Of a stretch of 64,000 bases of DNA, positions 48,650 to 63,400 are shown piece by piece. Source of the stretch: Camelus dromedarius (lineage: Eukaryota). The notes under the pieces were generated by a model. It did no database searches, had not been told where the DNA came from, and worked only from the letters and a program-made list of their open reading frames with translations. The DNA is taken from assembly GCF_036321535.1 (NCBI RefSeq), contig NC_087436.1:98024001-98088000 (forward strand), written 5' to 3'. Both the position numbers and the translations under genes were made by a program. Positions within the stretch are counted from its first letter, which is position 1. Each line of letters starts with the position of its first letter.

Positions 48650-49250
48650 TTTACCAAGGTAGAGACTGCATCAGTTCCACCACTGATTCTGTTGAAGTCA
48701 TAAGAACATCTGAGTTTCTCTCTTCATCTATTAAGAATAATCCAAATCCAACTTCTAGATTTTCTTTGGTATTTTCTGATTGCACATATGACCATGGAGC
48801 TTCATTATTTAATCCTCACTGGCTTTCTCTAGTGTTCAAACTGAATTTCTAACTTGTAAACTACAGAGATATGTCTACTCAGGATCTGCTCCTTACCTCC
48901 ACCTTCAGTACCATCACTCACTTCCTTTCACTTCCGTGTTTGTTTATTTCTTTTTCTACAGTCATCCTTTAAGATATGTTATAACTAAAAGGGGATATGC
49001 TGTATAATTTTGCATACTATTTCTTTCTCATCTCATATAATGTAACTCATAAACATGCCTCAAGTCTCAGTTTAAACTTAATCTCTAGGAACTTGGTTGG
49101 CTCTCAGGATAGCACTATAGGAATTTTGGTTCACTTTCCCATCTTTCACACTTGATTGGAAACTCCTTGAGATTTTTCACTACCATTTCTAATTTACCAG
49201 TCTAACACTACCAGTCACTACAATGCTTCACATTTTAGATACCCCTAAAT
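48650..49250 (+). mobile_element. Probable L2 fragment
   Basis: Pyrimidine-rich L2-like sequence (ctgaatttctaacttgtaaactacagagatatgtctac); highly diverged. Confidence 0.4.
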
Positions 49251-49339
49251 GAGGGAATTCGTACATTCAGCTGGACCAATCTGATTCAGGTGCTCCTGAT
49301 CTTGTACACAGATTACAAGATTTTTCAGTTTTTGTATAA

Positions 49340-50955
49340 AAATTAGGAAAGATAAAACTATTTTTGTTCAAAGATAACATACTTTTTACATAGAATAGTA
49401 AGCAGTTATAGCAAGGTTTCCAGATAGGATTCTAATATACAAAGGTCAGTTGCTTTTCTGCATACCAGCAAAGAATAATTCAAATTTTAAAGTGAAACAA
49501 AACACCACTCACATTAGCATCAAAAAAGAGAAATACATATAAATCTAACAAAATATACACACAATCTTACATAGTGAAAAACTACAAATCTGATGAAAGA
49601 AATTAGAGAAAACCAAAATAATGGAATGATTTTTGACTATTCATGGATAAAAGGACTCAATATTATTAAGATATTAGCTATTTATAATTTGATCTGTAGA
49701 TTAAATGCAATCACAAACAAAATCCCAACAAGTTATTTTGTAAATATCTAAAAACTGATTCTAAAGTTTATATGGAAATGTAGAAGAACCAGATTAATCA
49801 ACATGATAAAGTAAATCTGCTCTGAGAAAGACAGTGTTCACAGGATGAAATAATAAGCCACAGGCTGGACAAAATATTTACAAAACACATATCTAATAAA
49901 GGACTTGTATCTAGAATATGCAAAGAACTCCTAAAACTCAACTAAAAGATAACAGACAGTGGAACTAAGAAGTGGGGAAAAGATCTAAACAGACACCTCA
50001 CCGAAGATGATACACAGATAGCAAATAAGCATATGAAAAGATAGTCAAAATTCTATTTCATTAGGAATTGCAAATTAAAACACTAATATGAAACCACTTA
50101 TACCCCTATAAGGTAAAACCCCAAACTCTAAGAACACCAAATGCTGGTGGAGCAACTAGAGCTCTTATTTGTTTCTGGTGGAAACGTAAAAATACATAGA
50201 CACTCTGGAAGATAGTTTTTCTTACAGAGCTAAACTTAGCCTTGTTATGTGGTCCAGCAATTGTGGTCCCAGGCACTTAACCAAAATGAGTTGAAAACTT
50301 ATGTACACATTAGAACCCGCACACAGATGTTTGTAGTATAGTTTATTCATAATAGCCAAAATGTGGAAGCAGCGAAAATATCCCTCAAGTGTGAATGGAA
50401 AAACAAACTGTGGTATATCCATAAGATGGAATATTATTCAACATTAAAAGAAGTATCTCAAGCCACAAAAAGACACTGAACCTTAAATGCAAATTGCTAA
50501 ATGAAAGAAGTCAGTCTGAAAAGACTGCATACTATATCATTCCAACTATATGACATTCTAGAAAAGGCTACTATGGAGTCAGTAAAAAGCTAAGTGGTTG
50601 CCAGGGGTTGGGAGGAGAAAGTAGGAAAGAATAAGTTTAGTTTGGGGAAATTTGAAGGCAGTGAAATTATTCAGTATGATCCTTTAGTTATGGATATATG
50701 ACACTATGCATTTGTTAAAACCCACAGAACTCTATAAAACAAGTGGATTCTAATATAAACTATAGACTTTGGCTAAATAATAATATATTAGTATTATTTC
50801 ATCATTTATAACAAAGGTACACATCACTGGGAAAGGCTAATATTAGAGGATTTTGTTGGGACAGGGAGAGGGAATATATCAGAACTTAGTGCTCTGCTCA
50901 ATTTTTCTGTAAATCTTTAACCACTCTAAGAAAAAGACTATAAATGAAAAAAAAT
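49340..50955 (+). mobile_element. L1MC-like LINE, ORF2 C-terminal part plus 3'UTR
   Basis: aaacagacacctcaccgaagatgatacacagatagcaaataagcatatgaaaaga; ccaactatatgacattctagaaaaggc; A-rich end at ~50945. Confidence 0.9.
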
Positions 50956-51927
50956 CAAAATACACAATGCATATACAAATGATCATGACAATAAAAATTG
51001 TTTATTCTTTTTTGCCTAAGCTACAGTGTTTCTATTAAAATAAACCTTTTGGTTAGTAACAGGGTAATTCGATTTCTATAGAATCTTTGCAATGTCAGTA
51101 ACCTTTTCTAAAAATATTATTTGACAAAAGTTAAAATTAAATATCAAGTGCTAATTTTCATGAGAAACATTTTTTATATCAGTGAGTTGAAGGTATAGTT
51201 CAGCCAGAGAGCAAATGAATCATTATTGCATCACAATAACATTTACAGGAATGAAGTTTTTATAAAATATTTTCACAAATTTTCTCATGTAATCCTCACA
51301 ATAATCCATTTGAAGTTGATTCTGTTTTATTTGAAGTTGGTGCTGTTTTATGTATTTGAAAAAATGGATCAACTTTCAAACTGGAAGATTCTAGGGTAAG
51401 AGCTGGTATGCCACAACCACGACTGTGGTCTCAATGTCCTAAGTCCAGGTGAAGAGAACTTGCCTTCCTCCCACTGCCTCCATCTTCCTTAACAGGAAGT
51501 AAGAGAGCAGAGCTGCAGCGTCTCCAATGAACATGGGAGAGAAGAGAAGTACGTAGCACTGTTGTTTGAACAGCTCATTATTACACAACTGAATTGTAGT
51601 ACTTGCTAAATAATATGTATTTAGCAATATGTGCCATTCTTTTTTAGTCTCGGAATACCTAATAAAATCCTTCAAACTTTCTGCAAACTCCACATACACA
51701 AATATGTATCAGTTTTTAAGGATGGCTTCAAAACACCATGAGCTTCTGTATTATTGCCTCCGGATATATTTACAATTAAAACCCAACTGGTTTAATTATA
51801 TGCTGAATGCCGTTACCATTAAATACACAAGTGTCATACTAAGTAGTTAAACAATTTCTTTCCAAATCTTAAATAAGCGAACAGAAAAAAGGGAAGATTC
51901 TTTGAAGATTGAAAAGTGCTCCCAATG

Positions 51928-52124
51928 TAGTGTTGCCCGATAAAATTGAAGGCACCAGCTAAGTTTGATTTTAAGATAAATAATGGATTTTTTTTAGTGT
52001 AAGTATTAAGTATTTAGTAGAAGTATCATGGAGATACTTATACTAAAACATTATCCATTCTGTATCTGATTTTCAATTTTAACTGTGTGTTCCGTATTTT
52101 TATTTCCTAAATACAGCAACCCTA
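51928..52124. mobile_element. MER53 palindromic hAT MITE
   Basis: Terminal inverted repeats TAG(T)GTTGC...GCAACCCTA, internal inverted symmetry (ttagtgtaagtat / atacttatactaa), ~197 bp. Confidence 0.85.
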
Positions 52125-52249
52125 TGTCAGAGAAAAATCCTCTTTACATCTTCAATTTTATACTGAGCCCTGCTATTGAAAATCAGCGAGTAGAATGATT
52201 AAACCAGATATGTTGAAAGTCAGTAAGTGTCAGGAGTTAAGGATGAGAC

Positions 52250-52640
52250 TGAGAGCTTTTAAGATACCAGCTCATACAATTAAGGAGGCTAGCAGTGTGG
52301 AATCTATAGGGCAGGACAGCAGGCTGGAAATTCAGGTATAGAGATAATGTTGTGGTCTTGTTAGGACAGGCCAATGGGCTAAAAGCTCAGGCAGGGTTTC
52401 TGTGTTGCAATCCTAACACAGAATTTCTCCTTCTTTGGGAAACTTCAGTCTTTGTTCTAAAAGCCTTGAAATGATTGAATGAAGCCCATTCACATTATGT
52501 GGATGATTTGCTTTACTTTGTTACTGATTATAAATGTCAATCACATCTAAAAATACCTTTACAGCAACATCTAGATTAGTGTTTGACTGAACAACTGGGC
52601 ACCAAAGCTTAAAATTAATAAAACTAATATAACCATCACA
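52250..52640 (-). mobile_element. MLT2-like LTR
   Basis: gggcaggacagcaggctggaaattcagg...aaaatacctttacagcaacatctagattagtgtttgact...aaccatcaca. Confidence 0.85.
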
Positions 52641-52649
52641 CTAGACCCT

Positions 52650-53193
52650 ACTGTGAATGGATTTTGAAGATGTGATTAAGATCCCAAATCAGCTGATCCT
52701 AAGATAGGGAGAATATTGGGATGAGCCTGCATGATTGCACCAGCCCTTTAAGTCTGGGTTTAGTGGTCAGACAAAGAGGAAATAAGATATGTTTAAATCA
52801 TAAGTGGTATTGAGCAGGAGAAATTTTCCATTGCTGGCTTTGAAATAGAGTGGGGCACATGGCAAGATGAGGGCAGGTAGCCCCTAGGAACTGAATGCTC
52901 CAGCTGACAGTAGGAAAATGGAAACCTCAGTTCTACAACCATGAGGAAATGACTTCTGCCAACAATCGGAATGAGCTTTCAAACAAAATCTTCCTCCAAG
53001 CCTCCAGATGAGAACAGCCTGAGACTGATACTTCAGTGCTGCAACATAAAAGCCCTATCTTGTCATAACTTGAGCAAGAACCCAGTTATGCAATGCTAGA
53101 CTGACCTAGAGAACTATTAGCTAATAAATAGGTGTTATTCTAAGCCACTAAATCTGTTGACAATTTGTTAGGCAGCAGTAGCAAACTAATACA
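52650..53193 (+). mobile_element. MLT1E-like MaLR LTR
   Basis: cccaaatcagctgatcctaagatagggaga...gcctccagatgagaacagcc...taagccactaaat...aactaataca. Confidence 0.85.
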
Positions 53194-53264
53194 CACTTTT
53201 TACAGTTAATTATATTTAGATTATTTTAATTTCTTTAGATTTTTTGGGGAAATTGTCTTTACAT

Positions 53265-53350
53265 TATATATATATATATTTATATATAATATTACACATT
53301 ATGCAATATAAATGAAATATATGTATGTGTATATATATGTATAAATATAG
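53265..53350. repeat. (TA)n-rich microsatellite
   Basis: Read directly. Confidence 0.8.
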
Positions 53351-53454
53351 CTCCTTGTTTTGTGAAAATTTGACATACTCATATATCTTTCATTAACTTT
53401 GCTTAGTTATCTTCCTGCTATATACCGGATACATTTCCCTCTTGGCTCTGGAAA

Positions 53455-53700
53455 CTCTGCACTGTATAGCGATTAGGAGTATAGCATGTGGAGCCAAGGT
53501 GCCTGATTCAAATCCCAGCCCTGACACTTCTATGCTGTGCAACTTTAGGCAAGTTAATTCTTCTGGTGTCAGTTTTCTCTTCTGAAATAAAAGGACAGTA
53601 AGGTGGTTGTGAGGATTCAGCGAGACAAGACCTGTGAAAACACCTGGAACAATTAATAGCACAAAGCTCTCTGAAATGTTAGCAAATAGTGCTATTCTTA
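53455..53700 (+). mobile_element. MIR SINE
   Basis: ttcaaatcccagccctgacacttctatgctgtgcaactttaggcaagttaa...ggttgtgaggatt. Confidence 0.85.
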
Positions 53701-54394
53701 GTTTTTTAAATTGTACAAATAATATACAAATACATTCTCTTGTAATTAAAAAAAGGGATACTGACACATGAAAGTATGAAGAGTGAAAGTACTCTCTTCA
53801 CTCTACCTACAGTCCTGTTCTCTTCCTTGCATTAGTAGCATATTCCCTGAATTTTTACAGCTTTAAAGTTTGCTATGTTACCTCATATAACAAGTCCTTC
53901 TTCATATTCATTTGGTATTCTTGTATATTTTCATGTGTAAAATATTAGTTGATATTTTCCGATATGTAGTTAGCTTGTCAAATTCACCAAATATCCCATT
54001 GAAAGTTTATTTTTAATTCCATTAATTTATTAGATTAATTTGTGGGAGAATAGTCATTTTATATAGTGACTCCTTTTCATTGATTTTAATTTCTACCCAG
54101 AAGTACTGTATTGAGCAGAACCTTAAGGGAAAGAAAAAATGTGAGCAAATAAATTAATATATGATCTAAGAGTTGACATTTTCAGATGTCCTCTAACTAC
54201 AGCTGGCAGATAATTCATAATGACATTTGTGCTGATCTCTTTTAGTTACTGAGAAATCTATGTGATATATATGTGTCAAAATTAATACCTTGAGTTACAC
54301 CTGTAAAACATTTGGAAATTAGTGCTAGAAACCTTGGCATGTTGACTACTACAGAATTTATTTATAATTAGAAAAAGAAAAAGAAATTGTAGAA

Positions 54395-57300
54395 ACAGTT
54401 TATATTTTTAGAGCAATCTTAGGTTCACAGCAGAATTAAGATGACTTCCTATATACTTCCTGCCCTGACACATACAGGGCTTTGCCCATTATCAACATTC
54501 TCCACCAGGGTATTGTATTTGTTAGAATCAATGAAACTATATTGATAAGTCATTAACACCAAGGGTGATATTCTGGATCTTCCGCCTCTTGATACAAACT
54601 TTAGAATCAGTTTGTCAAAAGTGCACCAAATAACTTGCTCAGATTTTTACTGGTATTTCATTGAATCTATAGATCAAGTTGGGAATTACTGACTTCTTGA
54701 CAATATTGAGTCTTCCTATTTATGAACATGATATACCTCCCCATTTATTTAGTCTGCTTTGATTTTGTTCAACAGAGTTTTGTATTTCCCTCACATGGAT
54801 TTTGTACATATTTTGTTAGATTTATATCTAAATGTTTTATTTTTGGAGGTGCTAATGTAAATGGTATTATGTTTTTAATTTTTTAAGCTATTTTCAAATT
54901 TCAGATTTTACTTTTTCATGTCTGGTATATAAAAAAGTAGTTGACTCTTGCATATTAACCCATATGCTGCAACCTTGCTGTAATTGCTTATTTGTTCCAG
55001 GAGTCGTGTGTTTTGTTGTTGTTGAGTCTCTCAGATTTTCTGTATAGACAATCAGGTCATCCAAAACCAACACCAGTGTTCTTGCTTCTCAATCTTTATC
55101 CCTTTTATTCTTTTTTTGGGGGGCTTATTTAATCAACTAGAATTTCCTAGGATGGTGAAAAAAGAGTTGTGAAAGGATATATACTTGTTTGTTCCTGATC
55201 TTAGTAAGAAAGCTTTGAGTTTCTCACCATTAATTATGATTTTAGCTCTAGTTTTTTGTAGATTATCAAGTTCAGGTATTTAACCACCATAACTAGTTTA
55301 CTGAGAGTTTTTATAATAAATGTTAGATTTTGAGATTTTGTCATATGTTTTTTTCTGCATCTATTGATACGCTTATGTGATTTTTATTTTTTTTTTAACC
55401 CTGTTGATGTGGTGGATTAAATTCATTGATTTTCAAATGTTAAACCAGTCTTACATACCTGGGATAAGTCTCAGTTGGTCTTGGTGTATATTTGTTTTTA
55501 TATAATACTGGATTTGATTTGGTAATATTTTATAGAGGATTTTTGCATCTATGTTCATGAGAGATACTGATCTGTAGTTTTTTTGTACTGTTTTGTCTGC
55601 TTTGGTTTAGGGGTAATGCTGGTCCCTTGAGTTAGGAAGTATTCTCTCTGCTTCTGTCCTCTGAAAGATATTGTAAAGAATCAAAAAAAAAAAATTTCTT
55701 CCTTAAATGTTTGGATAAATTCACCAAAGAACCCATTGGGGTCTGTTACTTAGTAAGTTTCAGAAATATACTAATTACTGATTCAATTTCTTTAATAAAT
55801 ATAGGCCTATTTAATTTGTCTGTTTCTTCTTGCTTGAATTTTGCCAGGTTGTGTCTTTCAAGGAATGGTCTATTTCATCTAAGATATCAACTTTATTGGC
55901 CTAGATTGTTCATAGCACTTATTGTTTATATTTTTAATGTCCATAGGATTTGTAGTGATGTCCCCTCTTTCATTTATATAATGTAGTAATTTGTACCTTC
56001 TCTTTCTTCGTTGTTAGCCTGGCTAGAGGTCATTCAAATTTATTGATCTTTTCAAAGGACTAGGTTTGGTTCTATTGATTTTCTCTGTTAATTTTGTTTT
56101 CAACATCATAGACTTCTTCCCTAATTCTTACAATTTATTTTCTTTTGCTTACTTTGGATTTAATTTTCTCTTCTTTTTCTACTTTTATAAAGTAGTAACT
56201 TAGACTACTGATTTTAAATCTTCTTTAATATATGCATTCGATGCAATAAATTTTTCTCTAAGTACCGCTTTTACTGCATCCCACAAATTTTGATTAGTTG
56301 TGTTTTCATTTAATTAAAAATCTGTTAAAATTTCTCTTGAAATTTTCTCTGGTCACTGTGTTACTTAGACATGTTGTTTAATCTTTATATATTTGGGGAT
56401 TTTCCAGTTATTGTTTTATTAGTAGTTTCTGGTTTAATTTCATTGTAGTTCAAGAACAGAGATTGTAAGTTTTTTGTTTGTTTGTTTGTTTGATTTATTT
56501 CTTATGGTGTGTTTTATGGCCCAGAATGTGTTCTATCTTGGTGAATGTTCATGTGAGCTTGAGTAGAATAAATTCTGCTATTGTTGGATGAAGTAGTCCA
56601 TAGATGTCAATTATATAGAGTTAACTGATAGTGTTGATGAATTCCTCTATGTTCTTACCAATTTTCTGCCTGTGAATATTCATTTATGGAAGAGATGTGT
56701 GAAAGTCTCCAACTATGACTTGGGATTCATCTGTTTCTCTTTGCAGTTCTACTAGTTTTTGTTTCATGTGGTTTGATGCTCTGTGGTTAGATGCATGCAC
56801 ATTAAGAATTACTATGTCTTCTAGAGAATTGACTCCTTTATCATTATGTAATATCTTTATTTATCCTTGATAGCTTTCCTTGCTTTGAAGTCTGCTCTGT
56901 CTGAAATTACTAAAACTGCTTCTTTCACTTGATTGTTAGCATTGTATATTTTTTCCATCCATTTACATTAAAATTATGTGTCATTGTATTTAAAGTTGGT
57001 TTCTTGCAGACACATATAATTAGGTCTTGTTTTTTGACATACTCTGACAATCAGTTTTTTTATTGGTACATTTAGACCTTTGATGTTCAAAATGATTAAT
57101 GATATAGTTGGATTAATAGCTACCATATTTGTTATTAGGTTCTATTTGTTGCCCGTTTTTGTACCGTTTTTAAATCTTCTAGTTTTTTTCTGCCTTTTTG
57201 ATTATAATTGAACATTTTACATGATTCCATTTTCTCTCCTTTCTTGGAAAATCAGTTATATTTATTTTTCACTTTGTTTTGTGGTTGCCCTAGAATTTGC

Positions 57301-59300
57301 AACATACATTTACAACTAATCCAAGTTCACTTTCAAGTAACACACCAAAACACCTCACAGGTAGTGGGAGTACCTTACAATAACAACATAATCCTAATTT
57401 TTCTACCCCATCCCTTGTCTTATTGCTGTAATTCATTTCATTATATAAGCATGTATATATACTATATGCATAAGCATACATAATCAAATACATTATTGCT
57501 AATACTATTTTAAACAAACTGTTATCTGTTAGGTCAATTAAAATGTTTAAACCAGTATCATTTTCCTTCTATCTAAACTATTTCTTTTTAATTTCTTGCA
57601 AAGCAGGTCTACTGCCAACTAATTCCCTCAATTTTTCTTTCTCTGAGAAATAGAAAGTCTGTTTTCCCCTCACTTTTGAAGGACAATCTTAGAATAATTT
57701 CTTAGGATGCAAAATTCTAGTTTGTTTTTTTTTTTTTTTCTTTCAACACTAACAATTTCACCCTACTCTCTTTCCCTTGCATGGTTTCTGAGTAGAAGTT
57801 GTATATAACTATTGTATTTGTTTCTCTATAGGTACTGTATCCCCCTCCCCAACCCTGGCTTATTTCAGAAATTTTTTTCTGTATCTTTGATTGTCTGTAG
57901 TTTGAAAATATGCCTATGTTCAGGTTTTTCAGTATTTACTCTAGTTTCTGCTCCCTGAGCTTCCTAAATTTTTGGTTCATTGCCTAACATTAATTTGAGG
58001 AACTTCTCAGTCATTAATATTTCTAATATTTCTTCTGCTTTTTTTTCCTTTTGATATTCTCATTATGAGAATGTTACACATTCTGTAGTTGTCTCACTGT
58101 TCTTAGATATTCTGTTCTGTTTTTTCAGTCTTTTTTTCTCTTTTCAGGTTTGGCTGTTTCTATTGAAATATCCTCAAGCTGAGCGAGCCTTTCCTCAGCT
58201 GTGTCCAATGCACTAAAAAGCTCATCAGGGTGATTCTTCGTTTCTGTTGCAGTATTTTTGATCCCCAGTATTTCTTCCTGATTCTTTCTTAGGATTTCCA
58301 TCTCTCAGGTTACGTCGCCCTTCTGTTTTTGTATGTTATCTATTTTATCCATTAGAGCCCTTAGCAGGTTAATCATAGTTACTTTAAATTCCCAGTCTGA
58401 TCGTTCAGTACCCTTGCCATGTCTGGTTCTGATGCTTGCTCTGCCTTTTAAATTGTGTATGTGTTTGAGTTTTTGCTTGTTTTTTGTTTTGTTCTTTTAT
58501 CTTTTGGTATAGCCTGTAATTTTTTCTTGATAACCAAACATGATGAAGCAGGTACAAGGGACTGGTACCAACAGGTGCTTAGTAATGTGGAGGTAAGGTG
58601 TGGGATTGCAGAAGTGTTCTGTAGCCCAGTGATTAGGTATCAGTGTATGCCTCTGGACTGTAAGCTTTACAGCAGTTTCTCTGTTGTTTTGGTTTTTTGT
58701 TTGTTTTTTACCTCAATATTTAGATGGGAAAGGATGGTGCAGATGGGCTGGAGTTGGGGATTTCCCTTCCCCTTGTCGGTTAGGCTCTGGTTAGCTAGTT
58801 TCACCTGAGGGCAGGCCTCATTAAGAGGATCAGAGTGCGCAGGCTTATTTCAGAGTGGTTCCTTTTACCTTCTTCTTGCAGGAAGCAAGAAGGGCTTTTT
58901 CTCTGATGTTTACTGTGGGAACCTGGCTGAGCTCCTGGAAGCAAATCTCTCATTATTGTGGAGCGCTCTGCCCCCCACGACTGGTTCTTGGTGAAGTTGT
59001 TAACTCTCAGAGCCTCCCACATTGAGCCTTCAGCAAATTCATCCACTGCAGTTTGGATTTTCCTGCCCGGCCCTGGTTCCTGTGGCAGTTTCACCCTCAG
59101 GTCACTGCTCTGGTAAGTCATGACTCCTGGCCTGTGTTCACTGCTGTCTCCCCAGTACTGGGGGCTGGGTTTTGCTCTTTGTTCTCTCTTCTTTTATGGA
59201 TCCAAAGAGAGTTGTTTTTTCTGTTTCTTTGGTTTTTCGCTTGTTAGTATGGGGTGCCAGCTTCCAAGCTCCATACATGTGTAACTGAGAATCAGAAATC
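54395..59300 (-). mobile_element. Large old L1M (L1MC/MD-like), 5'UTR to 3'UTR with internal deletions
   Basis: Antisense L1 3' end at ~54400, T-rich ORF2 antisense ~54580-57200, ORF1-like ~57600-58400 and GC-richer 5'UTR ~58500-59300. Confidence 0.9.
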
Positions 59301-61219
59301 CTCAATATTTTTTTTTTAATTTATGTTTAGAATGATTGAACTTTAATGTGATGGTTGTAGCACAACTAGTAAATATAGTGGATATGTTATAAAATGTTCT
59401 AAAGGACTTCCATCTGGATTTAAATGAATGTGATTACATAATGTGCCTGTTAATTGAACAGAGCTTAAGGGAGAACCGTTACAAATTTGGAATTCTTTAA
59501 GTTTAGAATTTCCTCGTTAGGAAAATTTCCAGTGTTTGAGGAATATATGATCTCATTTAAAGAAATTACTCCTTTGACATGTGTTTGTCTTCTCTCACCA
59601 CATTGGTATTTATCACAGCAAAGCATTGAGACATGTTATGTGTGAAACAAACACTATTAGCACTCTTATTATTTAATTGTGAAAGAGCTGCACGTGACAC
59701 AGGCACCTGTCTGGCATCAATGCTAACAAGTGGTGCCCTTAACTTTGACGAGATGGTAGGCTTCTTACTAACAATTTTAGTCAATTGGGTTAAAGGTACA
59801 CTGCATAACCTTAACTTTCTATAATATGCAGAAGGACTGGACCATAGATAATTCCTCATAGAAGTTAAGCTATGCAAAATGCCTAGCAGGTGGTAAGGTC
59901 ACAATAAAAATTTACCAGTATTGTTTTAAAATATTAGCAGTCCTTGAGAAGTGTGGCCCCAACTTGGAGGCAACTAGAAGGTTGAAGATATCTTTATTAT
60001 GAAGAAGAAAAAACATGTTGTTCAAATGTATATTTATAAATAGTAAACCACCAATCAGAATCACCAGAACAATCCAGATTTCTTCCATTTCTTTTTGAAT
60101 GCTTAACTCGTATGCTTGCTTTTAAAGAAAAGCTTTTGTTAAAATAATACAAAATAATATATTGTGATGATAAATTAGAATTTTACAAAATATAGTTGAT
60201 TGATAGTAATAATACCAGTTAACGACATGTTCACATATAGCCAGAAATTTGAAGCCTTAATTTACTATGCTACTCTGTGTTGGATTAGAGTCCAAACAGT
60301 ATTCAGGGGAAAGCCTGTGTCTGGCAGTCGTACTTGTCAAACACCTGTACTGAGGTAGGAAGGAGGGCAGGTCAAACTTTTCTATCACCCTAATGGGTGG
60401 ACACATATTATATGGTAAGAAATATTTGGTAAATAAAAGTAAGAGGAATAAATGACAAAGCTCCAACCCAGGTAATAAAGCATGTGGATCTGTACACAAC
60501 TGTCAGAATATCAGATCTTCATTTGCATTTCAAGAGAGGGCCAAATAGGAAAAACAGAAAAAAGTTAATCATTTTTTTCTACTGTTTTTAATGTGACATT
60601 TTATCTTCCATTCTCAGACTTTTTAGCTATACTGTGTCCTCTGAAATCAGTAATCTTCAAAATCTGCTAAAACTTTCTTAGAACATTTAAGTCTTCCTCT
60701 TAAATAACATTAATGGAGACACCAATTATTAAAACACACACACATTTTTCCAACGAACATAAAATACTGAATGTGAAAGAACTAAACACAATTCCTCCTA
60801 CATTATTCCTTTCTATGTTTCTTTCAATTTAGCCCTCAGCAAATGGATTTTTACAGGTGAATTAAACACTTGTATTGGTTCTTTCAAAATTTTGTCCATA
60901 GACAGGATTTTGTTTTAGACACAAAACATTTAGATGGATGAAATAAGAAAACATGGTATATAAATGCTATCAGAAAAGGAATTCACCTGAGAATAGACTG
61001 ATTTGCAATCTAGTATAAATGTAGCCCAAAATACAAAAGTTTAATTCTCTTAAATTTATTGTGAAATCATAGAAATTTGTACACTCATTTTGGTATTTAA
61101 GTTCAGCCATTTCTTATTAAATGTGGTAAGATCTAAACGTAGCAAACTTTTATCTTTGGCCTTTAAATTGAAATAAAACCGCCACAAACTAAAATGAATA
61201 CATTTTAAGTAGATAGATC

Positions 61220-63400
61220 ACTGGATTTTTAAAAGTAAGCATTTCTGTAGAATTATCAAATAAATCAAGATACAGACTAATACCAGCCTCCAGCATATTC
61301 CCTTATGGCTCTAATCAGTTACTAGCCCTTCCAAAAATGCAGCCACTTTTCTACTACCATGAAAATGGTCCTGCATGTTTTCAAACATGATCAGTGTTCA
61401 TTATTCTATTATGGATTTTCTAAAATTTTTTTTACTAAGCACTGTTAGGTTCATCTGTGTTATAGAAAGTTATAATTTGTTCTTAGTACTGTATAATATT
61501 CTACTTTATTAGCAATTCTGAAGTTTTTATCCTTTATCTGGTGTTTTGGTAGTTTATCTAGTGTTTCTAGTGTTCTGGTAGTTTTGGTCATTTCTAGTTT
61601 TGAGATGCTATGAATAATGCTTCTTAAATATTCTTGCATTTTGGTAATGTATATACAGATTTCTAAGTGTATATATAAATTTCTAAAACACATCTAGGAA
61701 TTTGATCTTAAGTATACCTATGTTCAGCTTTGGTAGATACTGCTATCCAGCTCAAAGTGTTTGTAGCAATTTATACTTTCACTTGAAGTGTGTGAGTTCT
61801 TAGTACTCTATACCCCTACTAATACTTGGTATTGCTGTTTTTTGTTTAATTGTAACCATTCTAATTCTTTTATAACATTATAGTTTTATTTGTGTTTTGC
61901 TAATAACTACCTTAAGCATATTTTCATAAGCTTACTTTTGGATAACATTTTGTTAAAGTGCCTGTCCAATTCATTTGTTCATTTTTGTTTTAGATGTAGT
62001 TATCTCTTCATTATTGATTTTCACTTATTTTTTATGTATTTTTATGAATCTTTAATTGGTTATTTGTATTACAAATATCTCACTCTAATTTGTGGATTGC
62101 CATTTCTAGTCTTTCAAAATTGTTTTTCAAAGAATTAAGAATTTCTTAATTTTAATAAAGTTCAATTTATCAGTCTTTTCTTTCATAGTAAATAGTGTGT
62201 AGTGTTTTGAGGAACTAGTAACCTATTCAAATATCATTCTCTATGTGGTATTACATAAAATTTCTGGTTTCACATTTCAGATTGTTGTTTATGATCCATC
62301 TAGAATTGATTTCGTACATGGTGTGAATTCGAAGTCATCTTTTTTCCATATGGTACAATTATTCTTATAGTTTAAAGGCCATCACTTTTTCTTGTTTTGA
62401 CACTATTAATGTAATCAAGTGATTTAGCATTTTTAATTTCTCGTGATTCTGTATTTTTTTAATTCCATGTGATTAAGATTATAAAGGCTGAGGAGAGAGT
62501 ATAACTCAACCAAACCACACTCATCTTTTCTGCTTCTCTTATAATTTAATCAGTCTTTTATACCTGGTTTATGTTTGTATCTTTCTATATCTGTTTTTTC
62601 CTTCATTGAACTTTGTTTGCTGGCATGGTTGGTGAGATTTTGTGTACTTAAAGTGAAAAGTTAAGTTTCTGGATTAGTTTCTGGATAGTATTATCATCCT
62701 TCAGAGAAAACTGTCTTTTTCTCTTCAGGCAGATAGCACACATGTAAATCACCTTGCTTTAATAATGACTGTGAATGCTTGAAGCTTTAAAGTTTGTGAA
62801 AATTCTTCTATTTCTTATAGGTTCTTTCTTTTAGGGAATAACCCTTTAGAACTATGAACTATGAACCTGGAGTGGTTGCAGGGTCTGACTTCCTTTTTAA
62901 GACTTCAGGTCTATCAGTTGTTGCCCCAGAACTCTGACACTGCGGATCCTTAAGTATCGTTTTTCTCTCAGCAGCTGTTTTTCTTTGTTGTTTTTGACCT
63001 TTTACTCTAGACATGCCCACTTTAGGAATTGGTTAATGCCTTTTGAGGGATTGTATCCAGAAGACCTGGATCAACTTCCATAGTTCCAGTTCTCTGCCAT
63101 TCTTTCCTCTTAAATCCTCATTGCTCTGGTATCCATGAACTTCAATGTTGCACCAGCTCAGTGGCAACAACACTGAGATCATGCTCTGCTATCAGGCTCT
63201 ACATTCACAAAGGCAGCAAATAGCTTTTCAGGGAGACGGCTGCTTTGAATGCAACCTTGGTGAACCTCTATAAGGTCTTTACTCTCAAGTTCTGGGAACT
63301 TCGTTGGATTCTGATACTTTCAGTCTATTTTTTATTCATTTGTTGTTTTCATAATTTAGAAGATTCTTACAGCTGCTTTCAATGACTGGATACAGTGGGG
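61220..63400 (-). mobile_element. Highly diverged L1ME-like fragments
   Basis: ctttggtagatactgctatccagc...gtagcaatttatactttcac; atgatccatctagaattgatttcgtacatggtgtga. Confidence 0.7.

Noticed and set aside
51308..51349. 21-bp tandem duplication atttgaagttg(at/gt)...
   Set aside because: Ordinary local slippage duplication in a decayed repeat
51480..51610. Acceptor-like ccttaacAG followed by a purine-rich open stretch
   Set aside because: Weak donor, unrecognised peptide, no supporting neighbouring exons
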